Source: Octopus bimaculoides
Taxonomy: Eukaryota
Reading direction: 5' to 3'
Assembly: GCF_001194135.2 (NCBI RefSeq)
Contig: NC_069002.1
Coordinates: 37,413,433-37,477,432, forward strand
Length of the DNA stretch: 64,000 nt
Below, in pieces: positions 54,041 to 64,000 of the stretch. Numbering within the stretch: the stretch's first letter is position 1; each line of letters opens with the position of its first letter. The notes under the pieces are model-generated. The model saw nothing but the letters and a program-made list of their open reading frames with translations, did not search any database and was not told the DNA's origin. Made by a program: the position numbers and the translations under genes.

Positions 54041-56627
54041 CTTCATACCGTAGACTTAATGATTTAGATACAAAGAAGATGATTCCTTCAGGAAAAGATT
54101 GTCATTAAAGGAAGATGAAAGAAAACTAAGTCCTTCCCATAACTGTAAACTTCTTTAGAACAGCAGGCTAATTCATTCCACTTCATAACTTTTTTCACTT
54201 CTCTATTTGCTGAAGTAAACCATTTCCAATTTCCTTTAGTCCTAATGATCCACTTGTAAATCTAGTTATTCGACTATCTGGCTATGTATCTACTTAGCTA
54301 TCTTGCTAAATAGATAGCTATCCAAATACACCATTAACGCTATAGTATTGGCATGAATTTGAAAAATATAAACCCCCAAATTTTATTTTATTCTGTTGGT
54401 TAACAATTAAGCTGGAAATATTTAATGCTCATTAATAATTAATGATAATAATGATTAAATAGTTTAACTTAGTTAATCTTTCTTTTCTACTTGTAAATGT
54501 CAGCTGGATCGGAATTAAAACAAAGCCCTATCCACACACTCACATAAACACAAAGGCATCTCATCTCATCTCGTATTGTATCATGCTTGATAAATCATTT
54601 TTTAAAAAGCCTAGCCTTGATGCTGAGACTTTCTATTCATAAAGCAAATCAAATAAACATAACAAGTGAGTTACTTTAAGTTTCAGTCTCTCAGCTCCTT
54701 TGAATCTTGTGTCCCCATTTTTATGATAATTAGGAAAAGAATTGCGAAGTATTTTCCTTTAAAACTTCTGCGGCTGTTAAATTGGATAACTCTTCAATAG
54801 TAACGGGTCATTCTTTGACTGTCAATTGTTTTAATCTTGAAGAAATTGAAAAAAAGGTTTTGTTTAATTGAGGAAATACAAATGTGTAACTTCAATGAGT
54901 TAAATGAGTTTAATTCATCAATTCATATTATGTGGGGAATGTAAAAAGAGTGGAGGAAAGGGAAGATAGATAGATATTACAAAAGGTAAATTACAGGAAT
55001 AAGAAGGAGGTTGGAAAAGGAAATTGGGCAAATATGATTTTAGTCATGTAAAGGTGGTTTATCTCAGTTACATAAAAGTAGCTGTTCAAAGTGCTTGCAT
55101 CTCTTGAACATCTCTGATCTGGTGTTTAGCAAATGCAAGCCCTTTGTAAAGCATCTAGTACAGAACTGAGGGAATCTACATTTACTGGACAAAACCACAT
55201 AGATGCATGCAAAGCCATCTATAATTCACTTTTTCTATCTTTCCTCCTCTTTTTACTCTCCTTCTAACTTAGTTTTTTTGGGTTTTTTCTCATGTCATCT
55301 ATCTCATCCTCCTTTATGTTCCACCACACTCATATTACACATTTGTCTTCCCTTGATTTTAAAGAAAAAAACAATGTTTTTGTTTTTTTTTCTCCAATTT
55401 CACCATGATTAAAACCACTGACACTCAAAGGGCATTAACTTACTAATAATAGCAAAGAATTATCCACTTTAGTAGAAGCTGGAGTTTTAAAGGTAAAACT
55501 TCTTTTAAAACTTTTCATAAAACTATGGAAATATCAGGCTTGAAAGAGCAGTGTGAAGGTAGCCCACATGTGTATGTGTCTATTTTATTTAAGTATATAT
55601 ATATATATATATATGTATATGTAGATAGATAGATAGATAGATACTTGTATCAGCATGTATGTACAAAGCAAGATGGAGAAAAGAGCACTTGAATAACGAA
55701 GTATAGAGTTTAAATGAAACTGGAAAACTTCAGAAATTGTTACTCCATGTTTCACGTTACTGATTGTCAGAGAGAAGGAAACTTTCAGAACAATACAATG
55801 TGTTGTTTTAAAAGTTCACTTCTGTTTTATCATGGTTATGTGAAACACAAATAACAGTTTGTAAAGTTTTTCAACTCCAATAAAATTGTGTCTGTGTGTG
55901 TGTGTGTGTGTGCACGCATGCATGCACACACAGACACACACATACATATGGAGAGAAAATATTTGTAAAATGTAAAACAAATTCTTTGTAGCTTTTGGGT
56001 TGCCTTTTTTTTTTGTTGTTATTGTTGTTTAATTTATTACCTTTACCCCTGCCACCAATTAATGATTCTGACCAAATTTTGTTGAATGATGCAGAACGTT
56101 GCATCGAAAACCAGCTGGCAAAGAATCCACCTGGGGTTAAACTAGTAGTAACATTCACCTGCCACTTTAATGTGGCGACTCACTCTACTGTTTAGTATAC
56201 GTTACTACTCTATCTCTTCTTGAGATTTTATAACTTGCTACTTTGCAAATCAGTGACTGATGGTCACTTTGTTTACAATATATGACTGGTAGAAGTGGAT
56301 CTTAGCTATCACTCCATTGCGCAGGCACGCAGGGCTGAGGAAGAGCCAACTAGCTTGAAGCAGGGCCAATCCCACAATCCTGTTCAGTTGAATTAGGTAC
56401 TTAAATTGAGGCACCTTGTTAGGTTGATCTAATTCGCACACCCAAACAATATCAGGTGAACATCAAACTCTGTGCAGAAGTGTTTGCACTTAATGTTCTT
56501 GCTGTGTTTGCAGATAACACAACCCAACTTAGGGAAGAGATCCGCTCGTGGTTGTTCAGACATGTACTTTATATAAAAAGTCTTTCTCTATTTCTGAAGT
56601 GCAGAGTCCAGGGTAGGTGAATAAAAT

Positions 56628-56911
56628 ATGAGTAACAAAGATTTTACAGGTGTCGATTCATCACGGTCGTTTCAAGTGATTCCTTTAATTGATTAACGAA
56701 AACATTAAATCACTGCAAAGAAACCATTTTCATTGCAATGGCTGCATAGACTTCAAACACAAAGGACCAACCAATCTTTGTGTTTGAAGTCTATGCAGTC
56801 ATCTGATGAAAATGGTTTCTTTGCAGTGATTTAATGTTTTCATTAATCAATTAAAGGAGTCACTTGAAACGACTGTAATGAATCGACACCTGTAAAATCT
56901 TTGTTACTCAT
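56628..56911. repeat. Long inverted repeat (hairpin): arms 56628-56764 and 56776-56911, 11-nt loop
   Basis: Manual alignment of the left arm to the reverse complement of the right arm: 5 transitions plus one small internal loop over 137/136 nt. Confidence 0.97.
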
Positions 56912-57981
56912 TTATATATATATATTTTTTCTTTTATCCTTTTATCCTTTTATCCTTTTATCTTTTAGTCTTTTTGACTGCAGTCATTTATAAAAACGGT
57001 ATTTATGTAAAATAATATTATGTATAGAAGACAATGTCTTTACTATCTGTACAGAATCAAAAGAAAGAATTGGTTGTGGGTGAAGAGAACAGAGCAGTGG
57101 GTGGGGGTGTCTGTGTGAACTTGGTATCTGCAGAATTAGAACTCACTTATTCTCTGTTTGAAAACCCAAAAGCTAAAATTACAAAATACCAAAAGTATGA
57201 AACATATCCTCCTCCTCCACTACTACTACTACTACCAACAACAACAGCCCAACTGAACAACACTTTGTAAAATGGTTACTAAAAAGAAGAGAATTTTTTT
57301 CATTTATAAAACTCAGGATGTGAATTCCTTGTCCCATTTCATTTTTTGGCTTTTGCCTATTCCTTCCCTTTTATTGAAAAAAATTTTCTTGTTTTTACTT
57401 TTCCATTTAATTTTTATTACCATTTTATTTTATTTCCATTTTTGTAAAATTTACTGTTTTTTTAATGTTGTTGTTATTATTATTATTATTATTATTCTTA
57501 CCACCTAAGAATTTTGCTTTGATTTTGGAGTTAAACATATCAAATCTTAAAAGTAAAATTAAAAAGAAAAACAAGCAAAAAAAAATCATGCAAAATTATT
57601 TTTTTAGCTGCATTTTTGAATCACTTCAATAACATATTTGTCCTTTTGAGTTTGTGTATGTGTGTGTATGAGCATGTGTGTGTGTGTGTGTGAGTGTGTT
57701 ATTGAGTTTGCTTTGATTTCATTTTTTTTTTTTTTTTCATTTCTCCTCCCACCAAATCACTAATTTTCTCACAAATTTCAATGTGAGAAATTGAAAATTA
57801 AACGAACAAATCCATTATATATTCTCTCTCTTTTTTCTATAAAACTAACCAAAATGTGATGGGACTCAACTAATTTTTATCGGTTTTGAATTCATTATCT
57901 GTTAAAATCAAAACCTAGAAAACGATATTAACATTATACTTCGTTGCTTTACAAGTAAATGACAGTCATTAGTCATTATTA

Positions 57982-59470
57982 TTGGCAGAATTGTTAGAGT
58001 ACCGGAAAAAATGTCTTGTGATACTTAGTTACGGCTCTTTACTTTCTGAGTTTCAATTCTGTCAAGGTCAACTTAGCCTTTTTATTCTTCCAGGGTCAAT
58101 AAAATAGAGTATCTGTTAAGTAATTAAGTAATGGGGGTTGATTTAACCAACTCTCACCTCCCCACAAATACCAGGCCTTATGCATGTATTAGAAGCAATT
58201 ATTAATATTAGAGACTAGTATAAAAAAACGGTAAGCTGGCAGAATCATTACCAAACCAGACTCAATGTTTAGCGGCATTTTATCCAGCTCTTTATGCTGT
58301 GAGTTTAAATTCTATCAAAGTCAGCTTTGCCTTTTATTCTTTTGGGGTTGATAAAATAAGTACCAGTTGAGCATTGGGGGTTGATGGAATCAACCAGCTT
58401 CCAATATTTCAGGCTTTGTACCAATATTAGAAAGGATTATTGTTGTTGTTGTTAGAAAGATCAATGGAGTGACAGAATTAGTAGAGCGGTGAACAAAATG
58501 CCTTGTAGTATTTGGTTACATCTCTTTACAGTCTGAGTTCAAATCCCACCAGGATCATTTTTGCTTTTATTTTTTTCTTGGGTGGATAATATAAGTACCT
58601 ACTGAGTTGACTTAATTGACTGCCCCTTTCCTTAAAACGTGTGGCTTTTGTGTCAATATAAGAAACTATTGTCATCATCATCATCATCATCATATCTCTT
58701 CTTGTTCTCAATCCTTTCATCATTCTGAGATGTAGATGTCATACAGTAACTGAGTTCAATACCGGGGTTGTTGCAATTAATCATAAACCCCCTAGTGACC
58801 TAAAATGGGTGGCTGTCAACCTCTGTTCCAAATCATTATTATTCTTACTATTTTTATATAGAGCAGTAAGTCAACAGAAGAGGTTTGCACCATGGATGAA
58901 ATGCCTTGTGGTATTTAGTTACATAACCTTGTATCATTAAAATAATGTACTTTATGGGATGGAAACAGTTTTTAGCTAAACCTCAAAATTTATGGCCTAC
59001 AAGCATCAGATTGGCAAAATTGTTCGCACATCAAACAAAATACCATGTGGCATGTTCCAGCTCTTTACATCCTGGGTTCAAATCCCCACCAAGATCAACT
59101 TTCTTTTTATCCTTCTGGTGTAAATAAAACAAAGCACCAGTCAAATATTAGGGATGGTATTGATTATTCCCCTCCCTGTAAAATTTCAGGCTTTGGGCCT
59201 GTGTTAGAAACATTAATATTACCAGGGTACAGAATCTGTAAAGGCCTGGCCTAAATACCATTCGGCTATTTTCTGTTCTTGGTTTCAAGTCTCACTAGTG
59301 TTCACTTTGCTTTTCATTTTTGAGAATTATATAAGCTTCAATAATTTACCAATCCTCCTCCTATCTCACACTTTCACCTGATCCAATTAACTATGCTCTC
59401 TGATTTACCTTTAGAAATTTAGCCAGGGTCTTAAACTATAAAATCAAATCATTATTATTATTAATGTTAT
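57982..59470 (+). mobile_element. Stack of about 7 head-to-tail SINE family A copies (full and partial)
   Basis: Heads at about 57982, 58229, 58465, 58740 (partial), 58865 (partial), 59008 and 59230; most end in ATT/GTT/ATC repeats. Confidence 0.75.
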
Positions 59471-60215
59471 ATGGTTTTTAGGCGGGGGGGGGGGGGGNNN
59501 NNNNNNNNNNNNNNNNNNNNNNNNNNNNNNNNNNNNNNNNNNNNNNNNNNNNNNNNNNNNNNNNNNNNNNNNNNNNNNNNNNNNNNNNNNNNNNNNNNNN
59601 NNNNNNNNNNNNNNNNNNNNNNNNNNNNNNNNNNNNNNNNNNNNNNNNNNNNNNNNNNNNNNNNNNNNNNNNNNNNNNNNNNNNNNNNNNNNNNNNNNNN
59701 NNNNNNNNNNNNNNNNNNNNNNNNNNNNNNNNNNNNNNNNNNNNNNNNNNNNNNNNNNNNNNNNNNNNNNNNNNNNNNNNNNNNNNNNNNNNNNNNNNNN
59801 NNNNNNNNNNNNNNNNNNNNNNNNNNNNNNNNNNNNNNNNNNNNNNNNNNNNNNNNNNNNNNNNNNNNNNNNNNNNNNNNNNNNNNNNNNNNNNNNNNNN
59901 NNNNNNNNNNNNNNNNNNNNNNNNNNNNNNNNNNNNNNNNNNNNNNNNNNNNNNNNNNNNNNNNNNNNNNNNNNNNNNNNNNNNNNNNNNNNNNNNNNNN
60001 NNNNNNNNNNNNNNNNNNNNNNNNNNNNNNNNNNNNNNNNNNNNNNNNNNNNNNNNNNNNNNNNNNNNNNNNNNNNNNNNNNNNNNNNATGGGGAGAGAG
60101 AGAGACTGATAAAATACATTTTAGACTGAAATAAGTACTGGGGTTGATATGGCAACTAAAACTTTTGAAGATTGTGCTCCATATGACTGGAGTTCAATAA
60201 CTTTATAAGAGTAAA

Positions 60216-60269
<54 letters not shown>

Positions 60270-60839
60270 GTATTGGGCTTTTTTCCCCATTTGTAAATAA
60301 TTCTGTCTGTGAGTTTATCATACTGGACCAAGACTAGTTGCCCTTTCTTAGGACAGGGTCTCTTCAAATTCACTTATAAGATTTTTTTCCAGGCTGTCCT
60401 TACAACTTACCTGTCTAGCTTACAGCTCATATGTATGCCCCACCTCCCATTCTAGAAGTCTTATTCCACAGGCAATTGTTCTATGTCCACCTGGACAGAA
60501 TTTTATATATTTAGAAAGTTTTGTGCTCTTTCCCCTGCTTTCAAACTTCACACTGTGAACGAAACACAAATCAATCAATCAATCTATAAAATAATGAACT
60601 ACATTTTGTGTTTTAATTTTTATTTTATATTTACAGTTTATATTTCTTCTTGTACGATGTATTCTAAATAGTTTTGGAGGTCATTTCCCCTGTAAAGGTT
60701 TTGGGAACAAAGCACAAAATTTCTTTTGTTTTTTTTTTTACTTTTTTTTTCTTTTTTGGGGGGAGAGAAACTGTTGAAACAGCAGAGATGTGTATCTTGT
60801 TGAAGGCAAATCTAGAAAGCCATGTTGAGAGGAAGGCAT

Positions 60840-61158
60840 GTGTAGACATATGTACATAGACAAGCATATGTTATTGGATATGGTAGCTATGTGTAGTATG
60901 TGTATGTACATATATCTGTATGCATGTATGTATATTTGTGTGTGTGTATATGTGTATATATGCAGGTGTGTATATATGTATATACATGTGTATATATATA
61001 TATGTATATGGTTATGTGTGTGTGTATTTGTATATGTGTATGTATATATATGTATATGATTATATAAATATATGTATATGTGTATATATTATATTTTTAT
61101 ATTTATATTGTACAATATATATATTTTACATGTATGCATATGTATAAATATGTGTATG

Positions 61159-61212
<54 letters not shown>

Positions 61213-61280
61213 CATAATACACAATACACATAGAGATCTATGCATACATATATATACATACCTACACACTCACAGATCTA

Positions 61281-61318
<38 letters not shown>

Positions 61319-61340
61319 TACATCTATATATATATATGGT
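60840..61340. repeat. Compound AT/GT/AC low-complexity tract
   Basis: Directly visible; similar tracts at 3345-3438, 24146-24320 and 30686-30810. Confidence 0.9.
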
Positions 61341-62837
61341 GTATGTATCTTTGTATGTGAGTTCTTCTTTTCTCTCTCTCTCTGTTTTTGATGTCTTCAT
61401 CCTCTCAACATGGCAAAATGTATCAACTGTAAATTTAAGAAATTATGAGAGGGATTTTTAAAATTATAATTGCTTTAAATTAAAATGTAATGATTTAAAA
61501 TATATAATAAAAAAAAGAAAAAAACTTTAAATATGTCCCCCATCCCTCAAAAGAAGAAAATTGATTTCCCTCCAAAAATGTTGATATTAGTGCACCAACT
61601 GCAGAATTAGTGCACAAACTGCAGAATACTGTTTTATTTGAAAAGAATTCTAAACTTATAGTTTTTTAGGTGAAAAATAAAAATGTTAAAAAGCAAAAAA
61701 AAAAATAAATTAAATAAATAATAATAATAATAACGACCTATGAATTGAAATAAAGGTTAATTGTACTTGACATTGGTTTGTTGACATTGACTTTGTCAAC
61801 TCGAAAAATTGACGTAATTCATTCAGACTTGTAAATTTATTTTCATGTTAAAACTTGTCATTTATGCTGTGTCACCTTCATTCTGAGAATAAAATATAAA
61901 AAAAAAAATACCAGCAATCATCAAAATGCAACTTTCTTTTGTTATTGTTGTTGTTATTGTTATTTCTATTATTGTTGTTGTTTTCTTTCTATTGCTTTTA
62001 TGGTGGTAATGATGGAGCATGGATATTGAAAAGCTAACAAACCTGCACATCTCAGCAAGTGGTCATCCTCTTACCTCTCTCAGGACCTATGAGAACACAA
62101 AAGCAGTGAAGGAAGTCTAGAGGGGTTAAATGGTTCATGTGGCCAAGACATTGTGTGCAACAGTTTAGTTCATCTGCACACAGATGCCTTAGTGCATACT
62201 TAAAAGCACGGGGACCATTTCTTTCTCAAGAACACAACACAGCTCAGTTTGAGAATTGAACTCACTACCTTGTGATTGTGAGCCCAATGCTTTTACCACT
62301 GAGTCATGCATCTTCACAGTTAGAGGTAGAGAAGAGAGAGAAAGCATGTTGTTAGAAAATTCATTGTCAGAAAGGATTTAAAAAAAAGAGAGAAAAGATA
62401 CATTGAAGGTTACAGCAGATAAAGAGGAGAAAGGGTCTTAATAAAAGTGTGAAATTCACAGGAGAGGAGAAAAAGTGTTGGTAGAAAGGGTCACATTCGA
62501 AATAAAGACGGGAGAAAATGTTGATAAAAAGTTGAATAACACAGAAATAAGTGTTGGTAGGAAATTGAATTTATAAAGAACAAAATAGAGACGGTTTCAA
62601 AGGACGTAGTGTGAAAGTAAATGAGTTGTAGGAATCTATCCTGGAGACAAATTGAGAATTTAGATATGGATGCAAGTAAAAAGGGTTTTTGTTGAACCAA
62701 AGTTCAGTAAAGGTTAAGTAGAGGACTTCCGATGGAAGGGATTCCATTCAAATTATTTTTGAGTGACACACCATATAAAGTGTATCCGTTCATCTTCTAT
62801 ACTGAAATAACTTGGCTACATAAACTGTTCTCCACTT

Positions 62838-64000
62838 AGCTATGCAGACGATCTTCCCTTTGGCTATACACATGATCTTCCGTTTAGCTACAAACGATCT
62901 TCCGTTTAGCTATACAAACGATCTTCCATTCAGCTGTACAAACGATCTTCCCTTTAGCTATACAAACGATCTTTCCTTTAGCTGTACAAACGATCTTCCC
63001 CTTAGATTTACAAACGATCTTCCCCTTAGCTATACAAACGATCTTCACTTTTGTTATACAAACGAGCTTCCCTTTAGCTGTACAAACGATTTTTCATTTA
63101 GGTAAACAAACAATCATCACTTCAGCTATAAAACGATCTTTCCTTTAGCTATACAAACGATCTTCCCTTTACCTATACAAACGATCTTTCCTTCAGCTAT
63201 AAAAAAGATCATTTCTTAAGCTATACAAATGACATTCCTTTAGCTATACAAACGATTTCCCTTTAGCTATACAAACGATCTCCCCTTTAGCTGCACAAAC
63301 GACCTTCCCTTTAGCTATACAAACGATCCTCACTTCAGCTATACGAATGATCTTTCCTTTGGCTATACAAACGATCTTTCTTTTAGCTATACAAACGATC
63401 CCTCCTTAAGCTATACAAATGACATTCCTTTAGCTATACAAACGATCTCCCCTTTAGCTATACAAACGATCTCCCCTTTAGCTGTACAAACGATCTTTCC
63501 TTTAGCTATACAAACGANNNNNNNNNNNNNNNNNNNNNNNNNNNNNNNNNNNNNNNNNNNNNNNNNNNNNNNNNNNNNNNNNNNNNNNNNNNNNNNNNNN
63601 NNNNNNNNNNNNNNNNNGCTGTACAAACGACCTTTCATTTAGCTATACAACCGATCTTTCCTTTGGCCATACAAACGATCTTTCCCTTCGCTATAGAAAC
63701 GATCATTCATTTAGCTATACAAACGATCTTTCCTTTGACTATACAAACGATCTTCCCTTCAGCTATACAAACGATCTTTCCTTTGGCTATACAAACGATC
63801 TTTCCTTTGGCTATACAAAAGATCTTTCCTTTGGCTATACAAAAGATCTTTCCTGTAGCTATACAAATTATGTGTTCTTTGGCTATATAAACGATCTTCC
63901 CTTTAGCTAAACAAACGATCATTCCTTTGGCTATACAAACGATCTTCCATTTAGCTATACAAACGATCTTCCGTTTAGCTATACAAACGATCTTCCCTTT
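62838..64000. repeat. 24-nt minisatellite (CTATACAAACGATCTTCCCTTTAG)n, runs off the window end
   Basis: Roughly 44 sequenced units, interrupted by a 100-N gap at 63518-63617; gives 8-aa periodic ORFs (TNDLPFSY). Confidence 0.97.

Noticed and set aside
55871-56620. Unique-looking sequence with short ORFs on both strands downstream of the gene
   Set aside because: No homology recognised and splice signals are inconsistent; could be 3'UTR. Needs BLASTx or RNA-seq.

Overview
Eukaryotic, AT-rich, microsatellite- and SINE-dense animal DNA with seven N gaps. Repeat content suggests an Octopus short-read scaffold (inference, not proven). One protein-coding gene is supported: a complete + strand TMEM184A/B-family gene (OST-alpha-like solute transporter family) with 7 coding exons, 36151-52816, 1536 nt, 511 aa. 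All six introns are GT-AG and the phases join in frame. Its ATG is the first base after a splice acceptor, so a non-coding first exon must lie upstream; I could not locate it. The rest is transposon debris (RTE, R4/Dong, Penelope-like, gypsy, mariner, Tc1, hAT, piggyBac-like MITEs, three tRNA-derived SINE families) plus minisatellites at both window edges. The best leads are: (1) a textbook recursive-splice site with a 30-nt RS-exon at 16246, plus weaker sites; (2) a ~137-bp near-perfect hairpin 3.8 kb after the stop codon and an inverted SINE pair in the intron after coding exon 1, both candidate ADAR substrates; (3) a microsatellite-encoded mucin-like N-terminus and an R-D to K-Y change in the conserved RDCYE motif; (4) co-oriented chimeric junctions between unrelated transposons; (5) a candidate poison exon beside a (TG)60 tract. 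All family assignments come from recalled motifs; no database search was run.
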